Source: Leucoraja ocellata (taxonomy: Eukaryota). From it: a stretch of DNA of 64,000 bases. The first letter of the stretch is position 1, and each line of letters begins with the position of its first letter. The notes beneath the pieces are model-generated. The model was not told the origin of the DNA, did no database searches, and worked only from the letters and a program-made list of their open reading frames with translations. A program made the translations under genes and the position numbers. This document shows, piece by piece, positions 13,878-27,123 of the stretch. The DNA lies in assembly GCA_036785375.1 (NCBI GenBank), contig JAWMAR010000226.1, positions 1,860,001-1,924,000 of the forward strand, written 5' to 3'.

Positions 13878-13993
13878 AGGAGAGGGCAGGCACAGGTTAT
13901 TCATTGGGGACGATCAGCCATGATCACAATGAATGGTGGTGCTGACTCGAAGGGCCGAATGGCCTCCTCCTGCACCTATTTTCTATGTTTCTA
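13878..13993 (+). mobile_element. CR1/HER1-like 3' end
   Basis: GATCAGCCATGATC...GAAGGGCCGAATGGCCTCCTCCTGCACC followed by (TTCTATGT)n. Confidence 0.8.
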
Positions 13994-13995
13994 AG

Positions 13996-15504
13996 ATTAA
14001 ACATAGCCATCTTGTATGTTGTGGTATCATTCTTGAAAGCCTTGGATCTGGTCTCTTCCTGTGATGTTCAAGGTCTATTTAATACATGAGTTGCCATGGC
14101 TGCAATGGAAATAAAATTCATTTTATTAATGCAATACTAAGCATCTCTACAAGATTGCGCAACTATCAAATTCATTTAAGTGACACCAGATAAGAAAACT
14201 GCAATCCCACGCACAATGTGAAAAGAAAATCTAGTTCAATATTTTAGTTCTACTTGAAGAGAAATAATGTTTCTGTCGTTGCAATATTTCAAAGAAGTAC
14301 TGTCATTTGTTTTTATTCATTCAAGTCATGTCAATAAAATTAATTCCTATCAGCAATGTTAAGGTTCTGCTCAAAGTTTACAGGACCAGACCAAAGAGCA
14401 GAATTCACAAAGGTTAATATTCTCATGGTTCTTATCTAAACCATACACACAGGGTTGAAAGGATCAGAGAACTGAATGCTTGATCAAGGACTGACTCGGG
14501 AGATGGAGATTTCAAGTATCTAACGGTAGGTAGGAAAAGAGAGCACCATTTCTTTGGTGAAACAAAGAACAATAGATACTGGAAATCTGAAATAAAAGTG
14601 AATGCAGGAAATACCCATCAGATCAAGAAGTATCTGTGGAAAGAGAACTATTAAAATTAAACAAGTAATAAATACACATGAAGCAAACAAATAATTAAAT
14701 ATATTAAAGGAATGAAAATGATTTTAAAAGGTAACCTTCTGCCTTATAAATCTTTGCACAACAATCCTCATTGAAAACAATAAGATCTTTGATTCTGATC
14801 CATGTAGTTGTGGCACAGGGTTTGAGAGATGATTCCCTGAATAATGCTGGGAGATTCAGCAAGCGGGGCTCGGCTTTAGATTCTATGGACAATCGAGCAG
14901 CAAAGCAAACCCACCATTCAGGGTTTCCGATTAGTCCTAGACTGCTACGTTTCACAGTGCAAATCTCCAGGACTTTGCTCAATTTCTATGGCTGAATGTC
15001 CATGGTTGTCATCGGCACAAGTTGGCTCATTTCTAAGAAACATAGAAAACATAGAAAAATAGGTGCAGGAGTAGACCTTTCGGCCCTTGAACCAGCACCG
15101 CCATTCAATATGATCATGGCTGATCATCTAAAATCAGTACCCCGTTCCAACTTTTCCCCCATATCTCTTCATTTCTTTAGCCCTAAGAGCTAAACTTAAC
15201 TCTTGTTAGATCATTGCATGAGATTCTTCTTTTCATTTGTTGTCAGTCAAATGAAGGTGCTGCAGAAATTCTAGATAATATAAATTTGTAATAAAAATGA
15301 CTGAAGAGTCACATGCATGCATTGCCAGTTTAAATGGTGAGAATTCAAGGCAGAACAGGAATGTGCTGATGAATAGGATACGTCAGATAAGGTGACAGCT
15401 ATTGACATTAAACATAGCCATCTTGTATGTTGTGGTATCATTCTTGAAAGCCTTGGATCTGGTCTCTTCCTGTGATGTTCAAGGTCTATTTAATACATGA
15501 GTTG
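13996..15504 (+). repeat. Exact 98-bp direct duplication (13996-14093 = 15407-15504)
   Basis: Base-for-base identical, ATTAAACATAGCC...CATGAGTTG. Confidence 0.9.
15036..15200 (-). mobile_element. CR1/HER1-like 3' end
   Basis: (AGAAACAT)n followed by the reverse complement of the CR1 3' UTR. Confidence 0.8.
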
Positions 15505-16179
15505 GAGGTTGGTGCTGATGCGAATGAGACACACGGTAATTTAAAATATCAGAAATATGTTTTCTATTGGTGCCAGTGTATTTATCATTTTGATTCAGTA
15601 GTACATACAGTTTATTTTGCATCTTAATTACTGAGCCTAAATTATTTATTTTGGCTTCAAGAATCGATATTTGAACCGTTATAGCATCCAGCTCACGTTA
15701 CAACTTGACTCAAAATCTTAATGCAAGCAACTTTGTTCACAAATGCTTGTGAAATATGGGGCAAATAAGAGTAGGAAGACAGAAACGTTTGGTGTGAATT
15801 GGATGAAACACTTAAATGGAAAGAATTATGGGAGATGACTGATGAAGCAAAAAATAGACGAGGCCTTCACTGGAAAAGCCAATGGTGCTGTAGAAATACA
15901 TACCACTGTATTATTGGAAGTTGTGCAACATATGCAATCTGAGGCAAGGAACAGAAGTAGAAATTCTCTTTTTTTTATCCAGAATCCCAAACAGTTGGAC
16001 CATAAAGCAAATATGCAGCATAAAAGAACAAGAAAAAGTGATTCTGAATCAAGTTGTAAAGTGAGTCAGATGCTGCAGAGGTTCAAGTGCTGGTCTATGA
16101 AGTCATAAGAAATCAATTTAGGCTCACACTTTCTGCTTTTATCTCTGACCTTTGTTCCAACCATCTGCCTAGCTAATGG

Positions 16180-19100
16180 ATTAAAAATAGCATCACTATA
16201 CAAGTGCAATGTGAAAAACACTGCGCGATATATGAACGCCTTGCAGTACCTGGCCAAGGTCAAGGTTGACGTGACTTTTCTGCAGGAATGCGGGCTGCCA
16301 CATCTCCGCTGCTATCGGAGGCAATCGCGATGGTGGCACAACGGGCTGTCGGTATGGTCGTGGGGCAATGACTGTCGCCCTTCCTGTCTGGGGATCTTGC
16401 TGCGGGGAGGAAGCTTCGCCATCACTGAGGTCAAGGAGGTGGTTGGGGAACATCTCCTGGTGGTGGATGGAATGTACCGTGGCTCTTCGCTTCAGCTGAT
16501 TAATGTGTATGCCTCACCCATGCAGAGCGAGCGATTGGCCGTTCTCCAGCAGCTCCCACCGCTGCTGGCCACATTCCAGCCGCTCATTCTGGCCGTCGAT
16601 ACGGCTGGACGATCCGGCAGTGCCGACAACAGACTGGACAGCACCTCCAAGCTCCTGATGGAGACGGTAAAAGATGCAAAGCTGCGCGACGCCTTCAGTG
16701 ACCCAGTCGCAGTTCACCTGGTCGAGATCGGACGGTTCTCGGATTCACGACGAAGGCCCTCACAGTCAGACACACCGACCTCACGCCGGTGGTCTTTTCT
16801 GACCACTGCCTCCTTCAGGCTTCCTGTCACCTGCAGGAGGACCGGAGGGCAGATAGAGGGATGTGGAAGTTAAATGTGAAGCTGTTGACCCCAGAGAACG
16901 TTGAGGAGCTAAAGAGGGACTACGCATGTTGGAGAACTGTGAAGCCCCTCTTTGACTCCCTGACACTCTGGCGGGAAGGAGAAAATCAAGAGATTCTTCA
17001 AATTTAAAGGGGTTCAGAGAGCAAGACAGTCAGAGGGAATTGTGTCAACTCCAGACAGATTTTCAGCAACTGCTCCTTCTGCAGGCGAGAGGGGTGGATG
17101 TGAGGGAAGAACTTAGAGAGTTGAAGGGCCGGCAAGCTCGGCTCTTTACCTCCGAATCCTCCAAAATCATCTACCGTTCCAGGGTCTGTCACGTGGAGCA
17201 GGATGAGATGTGCTCAAGCTTCTTCTTCCATAAGGTTCACAAGGGGAGCTCTGTGATGAACTGCCCGGTAACAAGGACAACTCGGTAACAAGAGTCAAGA
17301 GTCAAGTGAGTTTATTATCATGTGTCCCTGACAGGACAATGAAATTCTTGCTTTGCTTCAGCACAAAAGAACATAGTAGGCATTGACTACGAAACAGATC
17401 AGTGTGTCCATATACTATTATATACGTAAATACACACATAAATAAAGAAACTGATGAAGTACAAATAACAGATAATGGGCTATTAATGTTCAGAGCTTTG
17501 TCCGAGCCAGGTTTAATAGCCTGATGGCTGTGGGGAAGTAGCTATTCCTGAACCTGGTCATTGCAGTCTTCAGGCTCCTGTACATTCTACCTGAAGGTAG
17601 CAGGGAGATGATTGTGTGGCCAGGATGGTGTGAGTCCTTGATGATATTGCCAACCTTTTTGAGGCAGCGACTGCGATAGATCCCCTCGATGGAAGGGAGG
17701 TCAGAGCCGATGATGGACTGGGCAGTGTTTACTACTTTTTGTAGTCTTTTCCTCTCCAGGGCGCTCAAGTTGCCGAACCAAGCCACGATGCAACCGGTCA
17801 GCATGCTCTCTACTGTGCACCTGTAGAAGTTAGAGAGAGTCTTCTTTGACTCTCCGTAATCTTCTCAGGAAGTAGAGGCGCTGATGTGCTTTCTTAATAA
17901 TTGCATCAGTGTTCTCGGACCAGGAAAGATCTTCAGAGATGTGCACGCCCAGGAATTTGAAGCTCTTGACCCTTTCAACCATCGACCCGTTGATATAAAC
18001 GGGACTGTGGGTCCCCATCCAACTCCTTCCAAAGTCCACAATCAGTTCCTTGGTTTTGCTGGTGTTGAGGTTATTGTGCGGGCACCATGTGGACAGTTGC
18101 TCGATCTCTCTTCTATACTATGACTCATCCCCATCAATGATACGTCCCACAACAGTGGTGTCATCAGCGAACTTGATGATGGAGTTTGCACTATGACCGC
18201 CTACGCAGTCATGAGTATAGAGTGAGTACAGCAGGGGGCTGAGCACGCAGCCTTGAGGTGCTCCCGTGCTGATTGTTATCGAGTCTGAAACATTTCCACC
18301 AATACGAACAGGCTGTGGTCTGTGAATGAGGAAGTCGAGGATCCAATTGCAGAGGGATGCATCCTTGCTGACGGACATCCTTGCTGACGGACATGCTGAG
18401 GATCTGCACATCCTTTTATATGGATTTGTATGACAGAAAGGCCACAGACAGCATCGCCTCTCAGAACTTCCTGTCCTCTATCATGGAAGTCTTGGAGGAC
18501 AGCAAGTGGGAGAGTCTGGACCAACCATTGACCCTAGAGGAGCTGACTGGCTCCATCCGCTCCTTTGACGCGAGTAAAACTCTCGGAAGCAATGGCTTAC
18601 GGGCCGAGTTGTATTCAGCTCTGTGGAACTGGGTGGGCCCGGACCTGCTGGAAGTGTACAATGACATGCTTCCAGCCAGCAGCATGTCAGACTCCATGAG
18701 GAAGGGCAGCATCACCCTAATCTGCAAGCTGAAGGGGGAGATAAATGGCATAAGGAATTGGAGACCCATCGCGTTGTTGAATGTTGATTACAAGCTCCTG
18801 TCTAATGCCATCGCCAACTGGGTCAAGTCTGCTCTGGGACAAGTGATCCATCCGGACCAAACCTGTGCTGTACCAGGCAGGAAAATCTCAGATAGCTTTG
18901 CGCTGCTGAGAGATACCATTGCCTACATGCAGGAAGGGTGGATGCCTGCCTAGTCAACTTGGACCAGGAGAAGGTCTTCAACAAGATATCACACACGTAC
19001 ATGAGGGTCATGCTCTCCAAAATGGGCTTTGGGGAGGGAATCAGAAATTGGATCCAACTGCTCTACACCAATATCCATAGTGCAGCCCAAATCAATGGGT

Positions 19101-20381
19101 GGGAATCAGACACCTTCCCCATCAAGTCTGGACTCAGGCAGGGTTGCCCTCTCTCCCCTGTCTTGTTCGTCTGTTGTATTGAACCCTTTGCTGAGTCCAT
19201 CAGGAAGGACGCGAGCATAAGAGGAGTAACATTGCCAGGCAGTGGGGGCACTCAGGTCGAAACCTCCCTGTACATGGAAGATGGCGCCATCTTCTGCTCG
19301 GATCCAGGGTTGGTCCGCAGATTGATCAGCATCTGCAACCAGTTTGAGTCGGCCACGGGAGCCAGAGTGAACCACAGGAATAACGAGATCATGCTCTTTG
19401 GTAACTGGCCCGACCGATCTTCCGTCCCCTTCACCATCAAGCCTGACGTCTTGAAGGTGCTGGGGATCTGGTTCGGAGGGGGGGGGGGGGGGGGGGGCGC
19501 TGGCGTGTGACGAGAACTGGCTGGAGTGGATAGCCAAGGTGGAGAAGAAACTGGAGCTGTGGAAGCAATGCTCCCTCTCCATAACAGGGAGAATTTGGTC
19601 ATCAGGTGTGAGGTGCTATCGGGGCTGCTGTACTTGACGCAAGTGTGGCCGGTCCCTCCCTTCTACGCCACAGGTATCACCTGGGCCGTCTTCCAATTCA
19701 TCTAGGGGTTGATGATGGACCGTGTGCGATGGACTACAATGCACAAGTCGGCAGACAACGGGGTAAAAGCGTGCCCAACGTCGCCCTCACTCTGATGGAC
19801 ACCTTCGTGTGTGGTTGCCGCTTTCGGGATGGCCGCTATGGAGTGGAAACAGTTAGCCACCTCTTTGCAGAATGTGGATTCGTAAAGAGAGTCTGGAGAG
19901 GTCTGCAAGGGTCCCTGTCACGGTTTATTTCGATCAGCTCTGTCACAGACTCTGTGATTTACGGACTGTTCTCAGGAACGCATTCAGAGACTGACATCGA
20001 GTGCTGCTGGAAGGTCATCATCTCGGTGAAAGACACTCTTTAGTGGAGCGGGATGTTCGTCGGGGAATGTTGCCGACTGGCCTGCTGCAGACTGCAGAAA
20101 TACATGCTGAGGGACGCACTGAAGCTTGGTGCAGCCAACGCCAAGGCTCTGTGGAGGAGGACCACAGACTAGGGGGGGCAGGGTGTGGTGAAGATGCCCC
20201 TCAAAATAAGTGGGCCACATGAGTGGCAAGGGTGGGGGAGAAATTTATGAAATTTAAGCAATGTGTGTAAACAGTATTGAATGTTTGTATAGCCTCTGAA
20301 AATGTCAGGTGATTTTTTTGCACGGTTCATGTATTGTATATATTTATTACTTGAATAAAGTCTATTTTGAAATTTAAAAAA
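16180..20381 (+). mobile_element. Tx1-type (L1 clade) LINE ORF2, degraded, interrupted by Rex1
   Basis: Endonuclease FLQE..SDH, RT NWRPIALLNVDYK, LDQEK, GLRQGCPLSP, C-terminal ETVSHLFAEC zinc knuckle, AATAAA plus A-rich tail at 20354-20381. Confidence 0.9.
17292..18359 (-). mobile_element. Rex1/Babar LINE 3' portion nested in Tx1
   Basis: [52 protein letters not shown]; (TCTTGAC)n tail. Confidence 0.9.
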
Positions 20382-21229
20382 TAGCTAACTCCCTCCCCTT
20401 CACCTGTGTCCACCTATTACTACCACACCTTGCCCTGCCTCTCTCCCCTCTTCCAGCTTTCTTGTCCGCCCCCCCATATAATCAATCTGAAGGGTCGCAA
20501 CCTTGAAATGTCACCTATCCATGTTCCCCGGAGATACTGCCTGACCTGCTAAGTTACTCCAGCACATTGTGCCCCCTTGTGCATTAATCAACAATCGCAG
20601 TTCTACAAGAGAATGTGAGTGCATATTTTCAATGATTTTTGGTCTACTTCCATTGATTCCTGATTATAATGATCATGCTGAGTTGTGCACATTAATTCCC
20701 TGTAATTGCGCAAACTAAAGTTCTACTAAAGTTCATTGTAAAATTAAGCCTAACAGAGCAGGATGGATCAAAATTGGATGATTTTGGTTCTTCAGTCCCA
20801 TGCACACCTGCAGTGTATTTTATAGCATCTGTACAAGATACATGAAGAATTGAAAAGCTCCAAGGATTCATTTTTCATTTAAAAATCTGTGTGTGTGAAT
20901 GATCAATACTTTGAGTTTTAATATGCACATGTTGTCTTGGGTCTCACATGTGATGATAGAAATATGCTTTTGCTTACACTGTATCAATATTTTATGGGCT
21001 GTCTGTTTATAATTGTACAAAACACAAATGTTAAACAAATCTATTGAAAATCAAGAAGCATGCCTTCCTCACTACCTATACATTTTCTGCACGTGTATAA
21101 AATTGCCAGGATGTCTATATATAAATATGAGGGAGACATTGCAGTTAAGCACCCCCCCCCCGCTGTAAATTCCAACCCATAATTAAAAGCCATGCATTTG
21201 AAAACAGAGTACCAACCAAATAGACACAT

Positions 21230-21465
21230 TTATCTGACTGGTGCTTTTTGAAGATGTAACTAGGAAAATGGACAATGTAGTGTACCTGGACTTTCAGAGA
21301 GCCTTTGATAAGGTCCCACATTGGAGATTAGTGGGCAATATTAGACCACATGGTATTGGGAGTAGAGTGCGGACATGGATAGAAAATTGGTTGGCAGACA
21401 GGAAATTGGTTGGCAGACAGTCGGGATTAACCCGTCCCTTTCAGAATGGCAGGCAATGACTAGTG
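21230..21465 (+). mobile_element. CR1 RT fragment
   Basis: [25 protein letters not shown]. Confidence 0.85.
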
Positions 21466-22437
21466 CCATTAATACCAGGAAATTCAGTTTCATCTAAATT
21501 TGGTGCCCTGACTTACAATTGCATTTGGACCTGATCCCCATCCCTCTGATAGTGTTGAGGATTTTTTTTTCATGCAGACAAATACAGGATCAGCTTGTTT
21601 TCCAATTGGGACCATACCTAATTGAATATAGTTTTGAACACTGTTTCCATGTATCAATCTGTGAAGAGCAGCAGCCTCTTAAAGGCACAATCCCCATGGC
21701 AACCGGATCTCATACACATGGACTGACATGGATGATTGAAAGGTTACAGGGAAGAAGTAGAGCATCTGAGATTTAGTGAATGAGTCTTGGCATTCCCATC
21801 AGTGAAATAAACATCAGCAGGCAGGAGCTCGCAACCTGCTGGGATCAAAATAAGAAATGCCTGGCAGGAGATGGTTGCAGGTGAATTCTCCTGCTATGAA
21901 ATCCCCATGAAAAGAAGTAATGCAAAACATAAATTTCATACCCTTACAAAAAGTGTCAGGATGATGCATATGCTATGAAGGCAGTGATAGTAAATCAATT
22001 CAGCAAATGAATCAGGAATTTTGTTAATATGTTATGATCAGTGCAAGTGGTCCTGCAAAGGAGAATGTGAGCGATTATTATGTGTTTTCTACACTGACCT
22101 GCCTGCTCTGCTGCGGGGATGGTGAGTTGGTTTGCTTTGTGGGCAATGATTTTGTAGGATATTTATGAGAAATGTTTCTCTACCAAGAGGTTCTATATCT
22201 CATTTTTCCTCAGGCAGTTTGGCTTCACAGGTTATTATAAATTCAATGTCCTTGCTCATTTGCCTGTTTTATCTATCGCGTCTCAGAGGCCTATCTAAGT
22301 CTTCCATCGCCACCTGCACACGGGATAATATACAAAAGATCATTAACCTACAAAACACTCAGGTTTGGGATGCGGGTGGAAATAGATGAATATGCAAACT
22401 CCACACAGACAAAAGTCAAGATTGGACCCGGGTCTCT

Positions 22438-22593
22438 TTTTTTTAAATTTTTTTTTATTATTAGAAGCAATGTACATACATCTTAATTATAATGTGCAAT
22501 ATACTACATTTCTTGTACAACTTTTTTTTAAACTTTTAAACCTATAATAGAAAAAGAGAAAGAAGAAACGAGGGAGGATGGTAGTGAAGGATA
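22438..22593 (-). mobile_element. Short poly(A)-tailed (L1-type) 3' fragment inserted in a SINE remnant
   Basis: Poly-T start and 13-bp TSD GACCCGGGTCTCT (22425-22437, 22594-22606). Confidence 0.75.
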
Positions 22594-22606
22594 GACCCGG
22601 GTCTCT

Positions 22607-23450
22607 GACTGAATTAATTTTATTTGCCAAATATGTATACATAAAAGGAATTTGCCTTGGTGCTTTGCTCGCAAGTAACAACACAACATACAGTAGGCAA
22701 TTAAAAATAAAACATTATAATTTAAACATGTGAAGAACGAAATAAAACAAGAGAGCAAAATAAGGCTGCAGACTATTGGCTGCTGCTCGTGGAAAAAAAG
22801 CTGTTTTTATCTTGCTGTGGTAGCTTTGACAGTCCGGAGTCGCCTTCCAGAGGGAAGTGCTTCAAATAGTTTGTGGCCAGGCTGAGAGGGGTCAGAGATG
22901 ATCTTACCCGCTCGCTTTCTGGCCTTTGCAGTGTACAGTTCATCGATGGGGGGGAAGATTGCAGCCAATAACCTTCTCGGCTAATCGAACGACGCGCTGC
23001 AGCCTCCGGATGTCATGCTTGGTGGCTGAGTCAAACCAGACCATGATGGAGAAGGTGAGGACAGACATTAGGATGGCTGTATAGAATTAGACCATCATTG
23101 CCTGTGGCAGATTGTGTTTTCTCAGCTGCCGCAGGAAGTACATCCTCTGTTGGGCCTTTTTGACTGTGGAGTCAAACAAAGGGCAGAACCCGAGTATCGC
23201 GTTGCAAGGATGTTTAAGTCCTTGCTTTCCCTCCTGTTGAAGCCGCAACAATGCTGCTCTGCGACTGTGGTGGCCATTTAAAGTCCCTGGAGATGATGGT
23301 TCCAAGGAACGTAAATGACTCCACAGATGTGACTGTGGTGTTGTCGATGGTGAGTGGGGAGAGGGGAGGAGGAGTCTCTCCTAATGTCTACAATCAATTC
23401 CACTGTCTGAAGAGCATTGTGCGATTGCACCAGGATGCCAGCTGTGGTTG
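22607..23450 (-). mobile_element. Rex1/Babar LINE 3' fragment
   Basis: STVKKAQQRMYFLRQLRKHNLPQAMMV motif and 3' UTR. Confidence 0.8.
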
Positions 23451-23559
23451 TGGTGCAGCAGTACTACCCAGTGCTACGCTATTCTGCCTGACTTCTCTGT
23501 TCAGCCAGTTGATGAAGGTGTGGATACTGAGTTGAAAATGTCAGACTCGTTGCCATGTT

Positions 23560-23890
23560 CTTCCTTCTCCAGCACTTGCTTCTGCTGGTGCAATACAAAG
23601 CAAGGGTGACCTCTCTGATGCTGCATTGTGGACCTGTGAGACATGGCAGAGATCTACTGTAATTCCATGGAATGACCCGGTGCCCAGGATGCTGAAAGTC
23701 ATTGCAACCTTGACATTGATGGAGAAAGCAGTAGAGCCTGGAGAACATGGCTGAGCATCATCCCACGGCATTGCATGGATCTCAGTGAAAACCTGAGTCT
23801 GAAAACATATTTTTCATCAGAGAAGTCACAGGATGATATGGCATCTGGAATCTTAACAAGAATTGGCTCTGTATAGATGGGCATGTGCCT
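23560..23890 (-). pseudogene. Degraded PIF/Harbinger (HARBI1-like) transposase N-terminal fragment
   Basis: Across frames: DFSDEKYVFRLRFS, VKVAMTFSILGTGSFHGITVDLCHVSQ, CSIREVTLAL, resembling the HARBI1-type HTH region. Confidence 0.55.
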
Positions 23891-24710
23891 CCCTCTTGAC
23901 CAAACACTGGCAGATCGAGAAGCAATTTGATTCTAGAGTCTGGTGGCAGTGAGATATACATTGTCAGCAGGATGCCTTTAATTAGCAGGAAAAGGAATGA
24001 TCTCACTCAACATGTTCATGTCTGCTCTGACACTCTGTTCCAATGGTTGCGGGTTGCAGCTTTTTGTTTTAGGTCAGGAAGACTGGAAGTGGGTAAAGCA
24101 TGAGTGACCATGAGGTATAGACCTGACTCCAGGATAGTATAACATGCTGGTGTGGGTCAGTCCCAGAAGTGTCCATTTAATTTCCCAATGGATGTAATAT
24201 GATTTCATCAGACATTTTCATCAAACATCAGATAATACCTAAACATTATTCGCTTATCATGTATCCATACACTGTAAATGGCTCGATTGTAATCATGTAT
24301 TGTCTTTCTGCTGACTGGTTAGCACACAACAAAAGCTTTTCACTGTACTTTGATACACTTGACAATAAACTAAACTGAACTGATCTGAACTGAATTTCCT
24401 AGTCTCATCTATTCTCTGTAACACTAATTTTCACTTGTTTTATGCCTAAAAAACTGAAAATAATTGATCCAATTTCTATACTAATAAATATTGGTGTTGG
24501 TGTTCTTTTATTGTCAGGTGTACCAAGATACTGTGAAATATTGATCTTAGTCAGCCAGATCATACTAAACATGAGTGAAATCATACCATGCCTGCATACA
24601 ACTCGTCATGCAAAGGAGAAAAAAAAATCAGAGAAAGAGCAGATAGAAAAAGTACGAAGGCCACAACAAGGTGGATTAGAAATTCAGAAAGACACCCTTA
24701 ACGTATGAGA

Positions 24711-24909
24711 AACTCAGCGGGTGAGGCAGCATCTATGGAGGGAAGGAATAGGTGATGTTTCAGGTTGAGAGCCTTCTTCTGAAGAAGGGTCTCGACCCGA
24801 AATGACACCTATTCCTTTGCTCCATAGATGCTGCCTCACCCGCTGAGTTTCACCAGCATTTTTGTCTACCTTCAATTTTTCCAGCATCTACAGTTCCTTC
24901 TTGAACAAA
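24711..24909. mobile_element. Penelope-like terminal repeat pair, head-to-head, with hammerhead core
   Basis: Inverted repeat 24709-24851, CTGAAGAAGGGTCTCGACCCGAAA at 24779-24802, 14-bp TSD CTTAACGTATGAGA (24697-24710)/CTTAGCGTATGAGA (24910-24923). Confidence 0.8.
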
Positions 24910-25165
24910 CTTAGCGTATGAGAGGTTCTTTCAAGAGTCTAATACAGCTTAGAAGAAGCAGCGTGAAAGACTGGTTGGCGTGCAACAAAAGATTTGCACT
25001 GTACCTTGGTACACGTAATGATAAATTAAACTAAACTCAAAGAAGCTTTTCTTGAATCTAGTGGCATGTGCTTTCAAGCTTTTTTATCTTCTGCTTGACG
25101 GGAGAGAGGAGAAAAGAGAATGACAGGTGTGTGAGTGGCCCTTGATAATGTTGGCTGCTTTCCAG

Positions 25166-26605
25166 ACAATAGACAATAGACAACAGACAATGGTGTAGGA
25201 GCCAGCACCGCCATTCAATGTGATCATGGCTGATCATCCCCGATCAGTACCCCGTTCCTGCTTTCTCCCCCTATCCCCTGACTCCACTATCTTTAAGAGC
25301 CTTATCTAGCTCTCTATTGAAAGTATCCAGAGAACCGGCCTCCACCGCCCTCTGAGGCAGAGAATTCCACAGACTCACAACTCTCTGTGTGAAATAGTGT
25401 TTCCTCATCTCTGTTCTAAATGTCTGATCCCTTATTCTTAAACTGTGGCCCCTGGTTCTGGACTCCCCCAACATCAGGAACATATTTCCTGCCTCTAGCG
25501 TGTTCCCTCTCATCCTTCTAAATTCCAGTGTATCCAAGTCCAGCCGCTCAATTCTCTCAGCATATTACAGTCCCACCATCCCGGGAATTACCTTGTAAAC
25601 CTATGCTGCACTCCCTCAATAGCAAGAATGTAATTCCTCAAATTAGGAGGCCAAAACTGCACACAATACTCCAGCTGTGGTCTTATTAGGGCCTTGTACA
25701 ACTGCAGAAGGACCTATTTGCTCCTATACCCAAATACTCTTGAAGGCCAACATGTCATTCACTTTCTTCACTGCCTGCTGTACCTGCATGCTTACTTTCA
25801 TTGACTGATAAACGAGGACCACAGATCCCGTTGTACTTCCCCTTTTCCCAACTTGACACCATTTAGATAACAATCTGCTTTCCTGTTTTTGCTATCAAAG
25901 TGGATAACCTCACATTTATCCACATTAAACTGCATCTGCCCACTCACCCAACCTGTCCAAGTCACCCTGCATTTTCATAGCATTCTCCTCACAGTTCACA
26001 CTGCCACCCAGCTTTGTGTCATCTGCAAATTTGCTAATGTTACTTTGAATCCCTTCATCTAAATCATTAATATATATTGTAAATAGCTGCGGTCCCAGGA
26101 CCGAGCCTTGCGGTACCCCACTAGTCACTGCCTGCCATTCTGAAAGGGACCCGTTAATCCCTACTCTTTGTTTCCTGTCTGCCAACCAATTTTCTATCCA
26201 TGTCAGTACCCTACCCCCAATACCATGTGCCCTCATTTTGCACAATAATCTCCTATGTGGGACCTTATCAAATGCTTTATGAAAGTCCAGATACACTACA
26301 TCCACTTGCATTCCCATCTCCATTTTCCTGGTTACATCCTCAAAACATTCGAGAAGATTAGTCAGCATGATTTTCCCTTCTTAAATCCATGCTGACTCGG
26401 ACCGATCTTGTTACTGCTATCCAAATGTACCGCTATTTCATCTTTTATGATTGACTCCAGCATCTTCCCCACCACCGATGTCAGGATAACTGGTCTATAA
26501 TTCCTTGTTTTCTCTCTCCCGCCTTTCTTAAAAAGTGGGATAACATTAGCTACCCTCCGATCCACAGGAACTGATCCTGAATCTATAGAACATTGGAAAA
26601 TGATC
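25166..26605 (-). mobile_element. CR1/HER1-like LINE (RT to 3' end)
   Basis: [57 protein letters not shown]; (AGACAAT)n tail. Confidence 0.9.
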
Positions 26606-26794
26606 AGAGGCAACATAAAGTGTAGATGGAGTTGATGGGAAGGAGGTGAGTTTGCGTAAAGGACTGGGCCTTGAGCAGTAGTTACTATAACAAGCAGTGA
26701 TGTATCCAACCTAGAGGCTGCTTTATATTCTGCTTACAATTATAATTCAAGTTGCATCTATCAGAGAAAATTTCACAGGACTCAACAATGTGTT

Positions 26795-27123
26795 TTATTT
26801 AGTTTATTAGTTTAGTTTAGAGATACAATGCGGAAACAGGCCATTCGGCTCTCTAGATCCACGCCGACCAGCGATCCCCGCTCATTAACACTATCCTGCA
26901 CCTACTAGGGACAAATTGTACATTTACCAAACCAATTAACCTACAAACCTATACGTCTTTGGAGTGTGGGAGGAAGCCAAAGATCTCGGAGAAAACCCAC
27001 GCAGGTCATGGTGAGAACGTACAAACTCCATACAGACAGCACCCGTAGTCAGGATCGAACCCGTGTGTCCGGCGCTGCATTTGCTGTAAGGCAGCAACTC
27101 TATTGCTATGCCACCGTGACCGC
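26795..27123 (-). mobile_element. HE1-like V-SINE
   Basis: Full head, V-domain and (TTTAG)n tail; same subfamily as 42625-42933. Confidence 0.85.

Noticed and set aside
19479-19498. G homopolymer / possible G-quadruplex
   Set aside because: Slippage expansion inside a decayed Tx1 ORF; length unreliable
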